From positions 382,912,001 to 382,976,000 of the forward strand of contig OZ024741.1 in NCBI GenBank assembly GCA_964016885.1: a DNA stretch of 64,000 bases, in the 5' to 3' direction. Shown piece after piece: positions 1 through 13,591 of the stretch; the stretch's first letter is position 1; each line of letters opens with the position of its first letter. The notes under the pieces are model-generated. The model did not search any database. It was not told the DNA's origin and was given only the letters and a program-made list of their open reading frames with translations. The translations under genes were made by a program, and so were the position numbers. The stretch comes from Eledone cirrhosa (Eukaryota).

Positions 1-1321
1 TTTGTTAGTGTCATTACAAGGAAGTTATATATATAAATGTATTTAACAATACATATATTCACAATACTATATACTCTACTTAAGTTACCTATTGAAATTC
101 GTCTAACAAATTTCATATCATAGAATATGAAGTGGTGTTTCATTTTCCCCCCTTAGTTAGCGGAGGGGGGGTGAAAGGACTCCACCTTTCGCGATGGGGA
201 AGAAAGGTCATAATGATTTTAATTAAGTTGATTCTGCTAACAGTTTCCTAGCGTCAGTTGTTGGTGTTAAAGCGGGCGATAGACTGCAATTATATCCCAT
301 GTAGGTCTCGGTGGTAAAAGAACTCCAAAGGAAAAGAAACGGGAAAAATACCACAAGGAATCGCAGCCCACATATTATAAATTCTGTTAAGAACCTAAGC
401 TGGACTAGTATTTTATTTTATCAAACACCAAAAAACTGAAACGCATTATGGACAAGATTTGCAGTCTAAATCTTACAACATCATGGCTACGACAAATTAT
501 CAAATAGACATGTAATTTTTGGAGCATTGACTTTCGCTTAGCTGCAACAGGTAAAGAATTAACATCAACCTGAAACTATATTTTGTTTTTTTACAATATG
601 ATAATAATATTCGTCTGTTATGAAAATATTATCCGCAGTTACGCATAATATTGTAAATTGCACTAAATCGGGACACAACGATTATGTAAGCAATTCATTT
701 ATTACAAACTCATACAAATTGATAAAATGATTACTATATTAAATAACAAATGAAAATGCATAAAAATTCTGTTAAAAAAACATTTTCGCTTATATTGGGA
801 AGTTGTGCTACAATAGTAGTTGTGGTCACGTTTGCATCTTCCCAATCGTCGTATGAGTTCACCTGACCATTGCATGACAGAGCAACGTATACTCAACGTA
901 ATGCATGTATTCGAGTGATATATTTCCATAATTCTCTGTATTTCATAAAAGCGATAGATTTTTGAAATAGCAACTTCGAAATCCGTCTTCAATATGTAAT
1001 AAAAATAATTATGGCATGGGAACCCTATATATATATATAAAGAATTCCAAGTATGCATGCCGCGCGCTACGTACCATGCAGGCGGCAAGGTATATAGCAC
1101 AAAGCATCGGATACAGAATCTGTCTCTTTTATTTTCTGCGGAAGAAAAGATTTTAAGCTCAAAATATCAGGACATATAAATAAATTAAGGTAATAACACT
1201 TCTTGTTTCACCCGACTTGTTTGTTTATTCGTCCATACCGCATTGTCGTGGTTTTCAAACTTCGAATTTTTTATACTATATACGATATATATATATATAT
1301 ATATATATATATCGTATATAG

Positions 1322-1363
<42 letters not shown>

Positions 1364-1379
1364 CATGTGTGTTTCTGTG

Positions 1380-1419
<40 letters not shown>

Positions 1420-1421
<2 letters not shown>

Positions 1422-1610
1422 ATTGTTTCTATGTTTGGCACAAGGCCACCAATTATCCCAGTGCATTACTGATACTTTATTTTATCGACCCCGTAAGGAT
1501 GAAAGGCAAAGTTAACCTTTGCGGGATCTGAACTCAGAATGGCAATGCCGTAACTCTATGTGTCCATGCATGGTGTCCTACCTTTTACCGATACCGCCAA
1601 TCCACCGCCA
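1420..1610 (-). mobile_element. tRNA-derived SINE family 1 (Nin/Deu-like core)
   Basis: Reverse complement has a tRNA-like head with B-box (GAGTTCAGATCC), then core GGTTAACTTTGCCTTTCATCCTTACGGGGTCGATAAAATAAAGTA; about 11 copies in the window. Confidence 0.85.
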
Positions 1611-1645
1611 TTGTATATATATATAATGTATGTATATGTATATAT

Positions 1646-1800
1646 TCCTGGACTGGACGATGTGTTATGTCCTTGGGCAAGACACTTTATTTCACGTTGC
1701 TCTTGCTACCTGGAGTTGCGACTGATAGAACGTATTAGCAATTGGAAAGACCAATGGAAACATTGTTTCCTTGGTCTGATTTGACGAACGACAACCGACT
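1646..1800 (+). mobile_element. SINE family 2, 5'-truncated (V/Meta-like core)
   Basis: TGTCCTTGGGCAAGACACTTTATTTCACGTTGCTC; matches the fuller copy at 20516-20736. Confidence 0.75.
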
Positions 1801-1812
1801 ATATATATATAT

Positions 1813-2215
1813 ATTGTTATACTTTGGGAGGGTCATGTTGCCAATAAGAAACACACGCACGAAATGATTTCACTTCAATTTATTATAAATTAAATTCATA
1901 AATTTAGGAATTTATAAATTTCCGGTTGGTTGTTTGGTTGGTTCCACAACCAGACGATTGTTCATATATTATCAAAATTCTTTCGTCACACATTCTGTGA
2001 CCGCTTCAGTGACTGGGGATTCTTTTCTTTGTTTTTGTGCCTCTCCTTTGTTCTGTCCTACGCCATCTTGTTTTTGAAAAAACAAGATGGCGTAGGACAA
2101 GATTGCAACTGGTGCGTGTGTTTCTTATTGGCAATATGACACTCCTAAAGTATAACAATATCGGTTTCAACACACGTTTTCAGATAAAGAATCTTGCTAA
2201 ACAAATTCAGAAAGG

Positions 2216-2219
<4 letters not shown>
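1813..2219 (-). mobile_element. Non-coding PLE pLTR unit, family D, with internal inverted repeat
   Basis: (TA)n on both sides; 1813-1860 is inverted at about 2112-2160; homologous to 45164-45710 and 60074-60460; contains a degenerate HHR. Confidence 0.7.
1969..2014 (-). ncRNA. Hammerhead ribozyme, degenerate (family D)
   Basis: agtca CTGAAGC g GTCACA gaatg TGTGAC GAAAG aa TTT tgata; A9 changed to C. Confidence 0.55.
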
Positions 2220-2253
<34 letters not shown>

Positions 2254-2707
2254 AAGGTGAGTAATATTGTAGAACAATAAAACTATGTATATATCAGATA
2301 TCTATAGCCTTAGATTTTCGCTCAAACCTTCGTAGATTTTGTAAACAATAGATGACGTCATATTATAATAGATTTTCTCTACGTTTTTTCTACGTTTATA
2401 AATCCTTCTAGCAATTTCCTTTATTTACTTGATGATATAAAATAAAAATTAAATAGTATACCCCACATATATATTTTTACTAGAAATTATTAACTTTGAC
2501 ATAGATAGAGTAGTTTTATTTTATTTTATAAAAATCTTTTTATATTTACTTTATTAATACATTTTTACACTCCTTAAACCAATGTTTAGTATTTAAACCC
2601 AATATAATATACCCAGTTTCTATATTTAGACCTCTAATAATTTAATACCTTCTATAATATTCGTACATACACCTCATCAATTTATTTTTAACCGTTATTT
2701 ACACCTG

Positions 2708-2774
<67 letters not shown>

Positions 2775-2951
2775 TCTTCCTTCTTTTTTTCTTACTTCTC
2801 TTTCTTTTTCCTTTTTCTCTTCTCGTTTACTTTTCTTCTATTTTCCTATCTATTTCTTACTATAGTATTAACACATATATTTCTGTCATATGTAGACTTA
2901 CCACTTTCCTATAAACAAGTGCTATTATGCCTCATATTATTGTACCTTATT

Positions 2952-3016
2952 TTTTATCTGAAGAGAACACATCATCTGCTCCAGGATGATTTTGTATTCG
3001 AAATACGTATAATAAA
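2952..3016 (+). ncRNA. Type I hammerhead ribozyme (family A)
   Basis: ttttat CTGAAGA [long stem II] GAAAT acgt ATA ataaa; palindromic ATACGTAT; predicted cut after 3011. Confidence 0.8.
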
Positions 3017-3229
3017 TTATATGGAACTCTTATAACCATCTTTATTTCATCTTTATTATATATACTCCAGTTCTACCAACTGTTGAATGCTACGTCTCTG
3101 ATATATGCATAGTTTTATTGTTCTACGATATTACTCACCTTCTATATTAACTTGCTCCTTGATTGTTTGAGCGCTAACTCTTATATCGGATACCAATTGA
3201 TGGTCTCTACTTCTATTAAAACATAGATT

Positions 3230-4320
3230 ACTACAGCATCACAAATTCACTTAAAGACATACTTATACCGGGAAAAACTGAATACATAAAACTTTTGATA
3301 GGAAAAACGGACTCTTTCGTGCGGAGGCTTAGATGGATCGCTCATTCCCATGACCAGCGCTTAAAAGGAAATGTTTATAGATAGGAACCTAACAACCTCG
3401 ATTCATTATTTAACTCCAGGAGAAATCCTCCCTTTAATAAAAACTTAGCATATTTTGAAAACGAATTAACTAAAATTATTCGAGGACTTAAATTCAAAAG
3501 AAACCCTTATCGAGGCCAGGGACACCTTATCAACCTTAAGAATAAAATTAATGACCTTAATTCTTCTAAAAACGTATTAGTTCATTCTGACAAAACAAAT
3601 AATTTATATGGCATAAGTAAGGATACATTATCCTCAAAGAACTAAGAAAAAATTATCGTAAAACTACGCACGATAATCTGGATTCTATCAATAGAGAAGC
3701 ATATGAGATAATAACCAACCTCGGAATTGAGAAAAAAACAGAACCCTTCTTCCCAAGAACTCCGAGGATTAGTCTGAAGGATCATAAAAGAAATTTTCGA
3801 ACGGACATGTTTGTAAGACTAATTGCCCCTTCTAAATCTGACTTAAGGGTTGTTAGTAAATCCATCTTGGATAGAATTATGCCACAGGTTAAGAATAAAT
3901 CTCAACTAAATTTATGTTTGGGTTCATCTGAAGTAATAGACTGGTTCAATGTCCTAAAAAATAAAAGCAAACTGAAATTTATTCAATTAGACATTGCTAG
4001 CTATTACTCTTCTATTTCTCCTTCACTCCTAAACAAGGCTCTCTCATATGCTTTAAAATATACGGACATTACAAGTGAAGAAATAAACATCATTCTCACC
4101 GCTAGGAAAACCATCTTGGAATTTAAGAACGAATATTGGACAGGAGCGGATACTTCCAACAATTTCGACATCACCATAGTTTCGTCGGATTCAGCTCAAC
4201 TGACCGTCTTAATTGGAATTTTCATCTTGAATTCTTTAAACCGGAAAATACCCCAATTATGCGGTGGGATTTATCGTGATGATGCTCTCTTTACTGTCTC
4301 TAATTGTAACACCGCCCGTC
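3230..4320 (+). pseudogene. PLE reverse transcriptase fragment (Naiad-like), frameshifted
   Basis: ORF 3807-4367 carries RT motifs (VRLIAPSKSDL, DIASYYSSI, YRDD); upstream frame broken near 3630. Confidence 0.85.
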
Positions 4321-4348
4321 CCCTCAATCTATTTTATTTCTCATTCTT

Positions 4349-4384
4349 TCTTCTGATGAAGGACTAGCGTCCGAAACGTTAAGA
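4349..4384 (+). ncRNA. Minimal hammerhead ribozyme
   Basis: tctt CTGATGA a GGAC tagc GTCC GAAA CG TT aaga; stem III reduced to the palindrome ACGT. Confidence 0.85.
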
Positions 4385-5149
4385 CCCACTTCCTGCTATA
4401 TCAAGTGTTAACGTAATATATACCTTCCATATACTGTACCGATTGTGTTGTTATTTCTGTTTACCTTTCTCTCACCTGTTTCTAATGTCTCTCACCTGTT
4501 TCTAATGTCTCATCTTCGAATTGTTTCGGACACAGAAGACAAAATTACTAGGATTTGAAATCCACTAAATTACATGTTAAAATCACTCACCAAATATCAC
4601 CTCAATATCATATGGAAATTACGGTACCTCCAATAATCTGATTAACCTAAATCGATATGATATAAAAATAACTAGGAACATTAGATCCAGATAAACAACT
4701 ATTGCTGCAGTCTAACGGAAGGAAGCTCGTGCGAAGCAGCTGGGGATACCACCAGAACCTACAGAAATCCAAATGCTACCTATACTTTTGGAAGTGTACA
4801 ACATGCCTATACTGAGATTCTGTTGATTTTCAAATTATTTTACAACTTCAAATCAGATTCTATCTTTTACGTAAATGACATTAAATAAATGTGGGAAAAT
4901 ACTTGTCATTAAGGAGAAGATTCCATAGAATATATTACAGGAAAGAAGTCACAGAAAAAAGTGCATATGCTTAGGTCTGAAAGTATGTATGTAAGTATAT
5001 ATGTATATATGCATTTATGTAGGTATGCATGTGCATGTAAGTACGAGAATCGGCTGCAAAGTTCATTGGCTAACCAAAATATTTTCATGGAATAACCAAA
5101 TGGGATTTAGTTTGCAACAGTGACCCTAGAAAGAAACATTGCAATTATT

Positions 5150-5365
5150 AATAATGGTTTCTTATATGAGCAAAAGGCCAGAAATTTTGAGGGAGGGGAA
5201 AGTCGATTAAATCAACCCCAGTGTGTGACTGGTACTTTATTTTATCGACCCCGTAAGGATGAAAGGCAAAGTTAACCTCGGCGGGATTTGAACTCAGACC
5301 GTAAAGGGCCGTAACTCAATTCTGAAAAGTTTGGCGTCCAACCGATACTACCAATTCACCGCCCT
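5150..5365 (-). mobile_element. SINE family 1
   Basis: Same core as 1420-1610. Confidence 0.85.
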
Positions 5366-5499
5366 ATTTTTACCATTATTAATAATAAAATTTGAAGTTA
5401 ATGCATGCATAATCTCAACAGAGCTAACATCACTCATTCACAGTCAAACTATGAATCGTTCAGCTGACACTTGTATGTAGGGTTTCATTTGTTGCTATT

Positions 5500-6350
5500 G
5501 GCTTCACATAATCTATTATTTTCTATTCTGTTTACTGCGGTTACATGCGTCCTGATGTTGGTAGCAATACGAGAGTTTTATTCTCAGGAAGGGAGAATGC
5601 TCATATGTGCTTACTTTTCCTGAGAAGTAAAGAACACGTTTGTCACTTCAACCGGGTACTATGTAGTGTTGGATGGTCAGCGCCTCACTCTTAAAGCGAA
5701 CTGATATACAGGCAATCTGCCTAACTCTCACAATGTGCTGTTTGTCGGGTATTATGTCCTTCAGTGCCTTTTCTACTTCGATGTTTGTCTTTTGTTTAGG
5801 CCGTTTCGTCTTTTAGACACGCATTTGTAAATTAATGTCTTTTTTCTCTGTTTATGTCACGGGTGGAGTGCTAAGTCAGCCACTGTATTTTTTAGTGTGA
5901 TTACTTTGGCCGCTTGAGCTAAATATGTTCTTTACAGGAATGTTTATGTTGAAGTTGTGTAGCTATTGAAACTGTTGCTGCAAACGTATTGTTGTCGTTG
6001 TTATTGTTGTTCATGTTGGGGCTGTTGTTGCCCGTGTTTTTGTAATATTCCTTGTTGCTCTGGTGTTTGTATTAATAGCGTAGTTGGTTGTAAGAGAGTT
6101 AGCATTGTTCGTGTTAATGCTACTGATTGTTTTGTGTGTGTTGCTTTTATTTTGTTGCATCGGTGATGGAGGCACGAACGTTAAAGCTTTCAATTTCATG
6201 AAATTTAATTCATATTTACATATATTCCCCTTGTACTTTTGTTGTTGCAGTTACTGTTGGTATTGCTTTCTAAGTAATTCAAATTCGGCAGTTACGTTTT
6301 GTGAAAATTTAGCTGCCGACCGTCTTTTCCCTCAAAATATTGAGTGGCAT
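5500..6350 (-). mobile_element. Decayed LINE ORF1-like remnant
   Basis: Minus strand has a T/N-rich low-complexity stretch, then IEVEKALKDIIPDKQHIVRV-like coding decay resembling the neighbouring ORF1. Confidence 0.35.
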
Positions 6351-6385
6351 GCTTGAACAATTACCATGCGTTTCGCCCTTATGAC

Positions 6386-8230
6386 TTACACATAGAGACG
6401 GACCAAGCAGCTTACAAATATTCTGATTGGTGTACCTCTAAAACAAGAACAAATGCCCAATATAAACAATGGAAATAGCAAGAAACTTAAGGAAAGCGAT
6501 CTGTAGCAGGTTTCAATAGACGGAACAAATAGGACCGACATATATGGGACAACACAAAAGACAGGGACAGTGGGGGTGTACATATATGTAAACACCCACT
6601 TTAAAACCCTCATATGTAAAGAATATAAATAGCAATAACAAAATAACAATAAAAGTACCACAATGAAAAATTCCCCGGTAGGAGGGACAACCACCCAGAT
6701 TCGACTCAGTTTCCCCACCCGATGCTTGCAGGACGACTCCAGACCACGAATATTAATGCATCCTAGTCTTAGGATCTCCATGCTGGCAGGCTAAAAGAAA
6801 GAGAGGAAAGTTTTACTTACCTACCAGTGTCTTTTGGAGGTCGGTTTATTCGACTTATATGTTTGGTGGGGATTCTTTTTGGAACCACTTTGAAAGTCTA
6901 GATGTGTTCGGGGTTCTTACGTCGCGGGGAATTTTCTCTCTAATTCCTTTTGTAGGAATCGAGCGACATTTGTACCAGAAACAAAACCCCTAGCACACGA
7001 AATGTGCTCGATTCAAAAGTTTCCCCCACTTTCTGAATTTTTTCACTTCGTGCTATGAGGGCCATCAATTCCTCGTTGGCCCTTCTGACAAGCACGAAGT
7101 TTTGTATTTTTTTGTTGTTTGTATTATTTGTTTGCCTTTGGGTGACTGTGTTGGCGATATTTTTTGTTGGTTTTGTTTCGGGTATGTATGTGTTTGTTGT
7201 AGATGCGGGGCGTTTGCGATTGCAACTACCGATGTTTTTTTTGTTCTTGTGTCTCCTTTGTTTGTTTGCGTATGGGGGCTTGTGGTGATGGCGGTGTTTG
7301 TTTTGCAGGGGAGGTGTTTCAGTGGATGGTGTCTGCATTTCCTGTTGTGAGTGTTTATTTGTGCGGTGTGGAGTTTTTTCTTTGTGTTTCTTCTTTTCTT
7401 TTTGGTGTTTGGGTTTTCCCTCATCTTCACTATTAGAAGACGGGGCATCGGTGATATAAGTGTGTCGGTGTGTATGACTGAGTTTCTGTCCATTTGCATC
7501 GGTTTTGTGGGAGAGCAAATGGAAAAGCTTTCCTCGTTTCCCTCCTGGATGACCTAAGCTGATGGTGGCATTTCCGCTGGTGTTGCTGCTGGTTGTGTTG
7601 CCAGTGATGGTGTTGCCGGTGGTTTTCACCCCGGCGTCGGCAGCAGTGGAGACTGTCGACATCTTGCATTTTTCAGTAGTTGAGAGCAGAAGGCTCACAA
7701 ATGCTTTATTTCCCCGCAGATGAAATAATGCTTTTTGCCCTCTGTCATTATGCGTAACACCGTCCCGTTCTGGAGACGGAAGTGGTCCGAGAATGTTTAA
7801 TTTTAGGGCCTGATCTGGAGAAGTATCTCCAGATTAACCCCGCACCAGATCTCCCTAGCTATCCTCGTAACCTCGATCGGGATGGAATAGATCTGCTCCA
7901 AAATCATGCCTCCCAAGAGTCACCACATATCTAGTTCTGAGGAAATCCCGGTAATGCGGACACGAGCTGTTCTTGTTCCCATGTGTGTGTGTGTGTGTGT
8001 GAGGGGGGGGGGGTTTACATGATGACTTTGCTGGTTTTGCAAGTAGTCATTGCGTGTTTCATAGCGAGGACTGCTGACATATACAGCATCGAAATGGTGC
8101 CGTATTGTCTGCCCCTGGCTATACCCTCTGTTGCTCCACTGGCGTTAAAAGTGCTCTCTTCCGATTTCTTTCCTTCTGCTTAGAAAAGTAGGTCCAATCA
8201 GCGTTTTCAGTCTCTCTACCTTCACCCATC
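6386..8230 (-). mobile_element. L1/Tx1-like LINE remnant: ORF1 plus the start of the APE endonuclease, internally deleted
   Basis: Degenerate CCHC knuckle (YFICGEIKHL*AFC, about 7690-7730), basic low-complexity ORF1 tail (6940-7698), ORF2 start MEILRLGCINIRGL at 6781 followed at once by T-rich UTR-like sequence. Confidence 0.65.
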
Positions 8231-9287
8231 ATTCATAAAACACATGAGAAGACATTATCAGCCATTGAACCTTTCCCTTCTCATTTATGTAACACTTGAA
8301 GTAGACGAGGATTTGCCGGGGAGGAGGTTGTCAGTCCTCAAATCTTTTAGACGTGTTTATATGTATTTTTTTATATGCACCATTAACAAAGATATTATGA
8401 TGGTAAGATATTTTAAGCTGCAGTATGAAAACCGGAACAAAATAATTGTTTGAAATTTTAATAAAATATAATAAAGATCAAAATTCCCTTTTATTTCCTC
8501 AACAAATTATACTTACATATACAACATTTTTGGCGTGGTTCATTTACTTTCATTTTGTTAATACCTAATACACCAAGAATATTCTTTACACGATGTTTAT
8601 ATTGATTATTCTATTAGTTTTATGATCTATATTTTCAGAATTACATCAATAGATTCCTGTATTATATTCATAAACATTTAGAAAAGGATGCATATAAGTG
8701 TGTATGATTAAACAGATATCAAGTTTAACAAAACTTTTCAAGTTGAGTAAATATATTTTGAGAAAAACTTTAATACTTACATAACGGTGAATTACTGTGT
8801 TCTTGAGCGTGCCAATATATAGGTAATTGTTCGATATTTTTCCAAAAGAGACCGTCGTTCTAGTTGCGCTAATTGCACATACAGTGATGAATAATGTCCT
8901 TAAGGGTTATAATGAGTTTACAATCTATAAATGTGTAATTCCTTTGCTTTTCCATTCACAACGTTTAGACATTTGGTATAAAGACAGTATTAATTAATAA
9001 TAAACCTTCAGTATTGTCCCATGGGCTTCACTTTCAGAACCTTGGATGTCCTAAGTGTTAAACATTTTCATCTGATTTGCCTCTACCATAGAATATCACC
9101 ATATGAATGGTAGAGGAGGACAAAGTACTTTTTTTCTTTTTTAAATAGAGGTTTGTCTTTTCATCTTATTTTAATAAAGGTATAATTATATCTGAATTCC
9201 ACAGAACTATTTCAGTTAGAAAAGTAACGTTACAAAACCTTCTACATTTATTGGAAGAATCATTTATTTTCATTATTTTGACACCAA

Positions 9288-9393
9288 TCCAGCCGAGGTT
9301 GACTTTGCCTTTCATCCTTACGGGGTCAATAAAATAAAGTACCAGTAATGCACTAGGTAATTGCTGGCCTTGTGCCTAAAGTAGAAACAATTA
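9288..9393 (+). mobile_element. SINE family 1, 5'-truncated
   Basis: CCGAGGTTGACTTTGCCTTTCATCCTTACGGGGTCAATAAAATAAAGTACCAG. Confidence 0.85.
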
Positions 9394-9926
9394 TTTTGAC
9401 ACCAAACAAAATGCTTAATGTTTCTTCTGTGTTATTGTAGCACTAAATTGGCAGTTGTGCGAATGGCTTCAATAGACAAATGCTTTCATTCTTTAATTTT
9501 CAGCATCAATTCCTTCTTTAAGAACGTCTAGTAGGTACATAATATAATGAGAAAAGTTCAAAGTGTACTAAAGTATTTATGATCCGGATTTCATATACTT
9601 TAAGAAAACGTTCGGAATTACATTTCTATTTAATGTTAAAAACGTACAGACTTCGAAATCCCCATAAGTAGATGTTTGCACTTTTAAGACCCTGAGGGAA
9701 GCGCTTTGCACTCCTAAAGTGTAAGAATTAGTAATAAGATATATCGACGATACCAAATACAATTAAGCAATTGTGTACGAATTTTATTTATATCCCTGTT
9801 TTTTTGTTTTTGTCTACAATTGTAATAAACTTTTAGAGATATATAAGTTTTGCTTTCTATGATGAAAACAAAAATGTATATTTCTATTGATACATACATA
9901 CAAATATCTGTGTGCGTGTGTATATG

Positions 9927-9981
<55 letters not shown>

Positions 9982-11019
9982 GTATAAATTTGTTTCAATG
10001 TGTGTTCTTTCAAATCCATTTAACTAAACAATTACATACAACACTGGGTTTTACATACACAATTGGGTTTTCTTTTTCAATTTATGAATGGAACGTTATT
10101 TTCTCTCTTTTTATATATACATTCTGGTATTTCCATTCAGTGGTTAATAAGCACGTTTAACAGAAATACTTCATCTGCTCATATTGTCTTCTTTTTCTTC
10201 TTTTCTCCTTTTTTTCAGTGTCAACTTAGTACAGTTTGAAGTATATTCATTGTAATTCAATAATTTTTAGAAAGAACCCATTTTAATTAACATATGTATA
10301 CTCTTGAGTTGAAAATACTTTCAGTGAAAATTTGAAACAAGGATGGAAATGTATTATATCCTATACAATGCTCTTATTAATTTCAAACAGTTTTCTTCCT
10401 TAAATGAAATATTGCGTTTATATTGTTTGAACACATACGAAAATACAAACCAATAATACATGAGATTCGACATAGCAATGCTCGAAAGAGTAGTTTACGT
10501 TTAATGAAGCCCATAAAATTAGCAAATGTTCTCATCAGAGAGAATTATTTTCCCCGTGATGCAACTTTAATAACTGATAAAATCTAGCCGTTAACTTAGA
10601 CAAGCCATTATTCATATTGAAATACAATTGTTATCCTATGAATTGTATCTAAACCTTTTATCAAGATTATTAGACGGCCTTCGAGGAAAAATATATTATG
10701 ATATACAACAAGGGGAAATTACTTCTGTTAGTGGATTGATTAAATCATAATGCTGAAATATAATTTTATCAACACTAAATATCTCGTTAACTTATTCCAA
10801 ATACGTTGAGCTATAATGATGTACTCATTCTGTGTTTGCTTACTACACATACCAATACACAAACACAAACACGCACACAGACGCCCACAAGCACACATAA
10901 GTACACATATACTCACTTGCATACATGAATGACTGCATACGATAAAATAAACCATCATTACGCACCAAAATTATACACTGTTAAGTAGGAACATAAGTCG
11001 TTTCATTTGTCGAGCAGCG

Positions 11020-11207
11020 GGAAAAAAGGCTTACGGCACTCGGTTACGGAATTTTGCGTTTTGAGTTCAAATCCCACCAGAGTCTCCTTTGCATTTCATG
11101 ATTCCGTGGTCGTTCAAACAAAGTACAACTCAGATAGAGGTCTCGATTATATCGACTTTCCCTTCTGAAAAAGTTATTTGCAGTGTGTCTAAGTTAGAAT
11201 CCGTTAT
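11020..11207 (+). mobile_element. SINE family 1, diverged
   Basis: GAGTTCAAATCCCACCAGAGTCTCCTTTGCATTTCATG..; recognisable but mutated core. Confidence 0.6.
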
Positions 11208-11559
11208 TAAACGTGAATGGTTATCTCTTCAACAATGCAAGTGAATATAGTGACAATATACAAGCTTCACATTAAAGGATGCCCATGCGAAAACAGAAAC
11301 TCTGTTAAAATAGCCGCCAAAATGTTTACATTTTTATAGAACATGATATACTACATAACGTAGTCATATATAGCACTAAAACGGAATGAATTTGATAAGT
11401 TGACTTGGATTATAGCATCAAACAAAATAAAGCTTATATCAATGTACATAGCTCTCTTTTGCTTGCTCCTATGGTTCTAACCTAGACAGTTCTTGCAAAA
11501 TATTGAAGAGAACTTGAGAAGGGTTTCTCTTAATGAAGAGCATCCGGGTGGGGGTGAGA

Positions 11560-11995
11560 TCGTGGGGTTGGTGGACATAAATACAGACCTATCTTCAATA
11601 AACAAAGGGTTATACCTATGCTAAAACTATGACAGACCACAAGAGCACCAACCCCAGGAGCTTACCCCCCGGATGCACTTGCAGCATGCCAGAAACACAC
11701 CCCCTTCAACAACAGTGTAACATACCGGGAATAATCTATGAAGCTCAAATCACTTTTACCCGACCAATCCAACAGCAGGAGTTCAAAACCTATGTAGGCA
11801 TGGCGGAGGGCTTGTTTAAAGCACGCTTTCTTAACCACCAGAAGACCTTTAGACATTGTGATAAGCGATCGTCTATGAAGCTAGCAAGCCAAAGATGCAA
11901 AGGACGATTACTCCGTTGAATGGAATATTCTGACCAAATCTAAGCCATGCAGAAATGGGATGTTGTCCTGGGGGCGGTGTATCGATGAAGAAATG
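11560..11995 (+). pseudogene. Naiad-like PLE GIY-YIG endonuclease fragment
   Basis: CTCx5HPLQQQC..IIYEA..YVGMAEGLFKARFLNH; frameshift before YSVEWNIL. Confidence 0.8.
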
Positions 11996-12274
11996 AATAT
12001 TACGCTTTAAAATACATGTTATATAACTACAAACATTCAGGATAAATGTTATCCAGAATGAACTAACTCAAACGAAAATCGTCTCTCTGCATCAATCTAA
12101 CTTGATTTGTCTCCCTTATCGACATCAATTGCGCAAAATCCAGTCAGCTCATTATACACTTCGGTTCTCAGCACAAAATCACTCGGGTTGAAAATCCGGT
12201 AGGTAAAATTCGCGTCCTCGTGTCGTGTATGATTTCATAATTTGTTATGGAACCACCCACTCTATCTCTTTCTC

Positions 12275-12328
<54 letters not shown>

Positions 12329-12368
12329 TTTTATTTTTATTTTTTTTTTTTTTCGACTTGAAACCTTG

Positions 12369-12424
<56 letters not shown>

Positions 12425-13132
12425 CATGTTTATGTATATGTACATTTCTATACATATTCCTTCTGAAGGTAAATATATTTCGATAGGGGTGATACAAACA
12501 TATGCAAACATGTATGCATGTAAGTCCGTCTCACGATTCACTCCCAGTTTAACACCTGTTTGAAAACTTCAAAACAAAGATACACATATAGTTCTGACTG
12601 TGGGTCTATGTGTCCGTGTGTACATATATGTGCGTGTCATACTTGCCGAACTGAATGTATCCTTTTCCTTTTGACAAAACGTCTCAATGTAAACATCCTA
12701 TTTTATCCTGAATTGATTAGATTTGTTTTGCATACTTCTTGTATAGGCAATCGTCTTTACAAACAAGCCAACATCATTGCCAGACATGTGGAATGACTAG
12801 TGTGAATGGCCAGGTTGAAAGTTGTCCTAAATTGAGAAACACCTGATCACAAACATTACTACAACTACAAATTGTAAAACGTTTCATCAGTAGAGAATAA
12901 TATCCAAATATCATTTATCATTTTTTAAAAGGGCAATTGACACATAAGCTGGAAATATTCATGTTAAGCGTTTGCGTTACATTTGTATTATCAAAGGTTT
13001 TTGTGTGGAGAAATGTGAAATACTCCGTTATAGAGCTTTAATTCAAAGGCATTTAGAGATGTTTGACATATTTATATCCAGGAAACTATTTGCTAATGTA
13101 TACATCATGCAATAAAAAATAGTAGGTTTATA

Positions 13133-13204
<72 letters not shown>

Positions 13205-13371
13205 TGTGTATATATATATGTGTGTGCGTGTATGTATGTGTGTGTGTGTGTGTATACACACATACATATGTAAACCTACTTTTGTATGATTGCGAGATTT
13301 ATACATTAGCAAATAGTTTATATAAATATGTGTGCGTGTGTGCCTGTGTGTGTGTGTATGTGTGTATGTAG

Positions 13372-13508
13372 AAATCCGTACATCAACGAAATCAGTGCTC
13401 CACCTGTTGCAAAAGAGCTTATTAATCTGACAGATAAAAAAAACCCAGATTACCCCATGACATCAAATGGAAAGTTTGAAAATTGGATGCAAAAAAAGCT
13501 CGCTCTGC
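13372..13508 (+). CDS. Candidate internal host exon (NPYINEISAPPVAKELINLTDKKNPDYPMTSNGKFENWMQKKLAL)
   Basis: Open, non-repetitive frame bounded by TAG| and a consensus C|GTAAGT donor; no recognisable homology; weak polypyrimidine tract. Confidence 0.3.
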
Positions 13509-13591
13509 GTAAGTGAGAAATTTAGGATCATACAGGGTCTATACTCGCCGGATATATGCCTCAATATGATTTCATATTATATATATATATA

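Larger units (their letters stand above)
2251..4320 (+). mobile_element. Naiad-like Penelope element, 5' part (pLTR family A plus N-terminal RT), truncated
   Basis: Inverted pLTR piece 2251-2305 matches 3095-3145; HHR in the pLTR; frameshifted ORF from about 3230 reading SLKDILIP..LIGKTDSFVRRLRW, then LDIASYYSSI, NFDITIVSSDSAQ, GGIYRDDAL. Confidence 0.85.
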
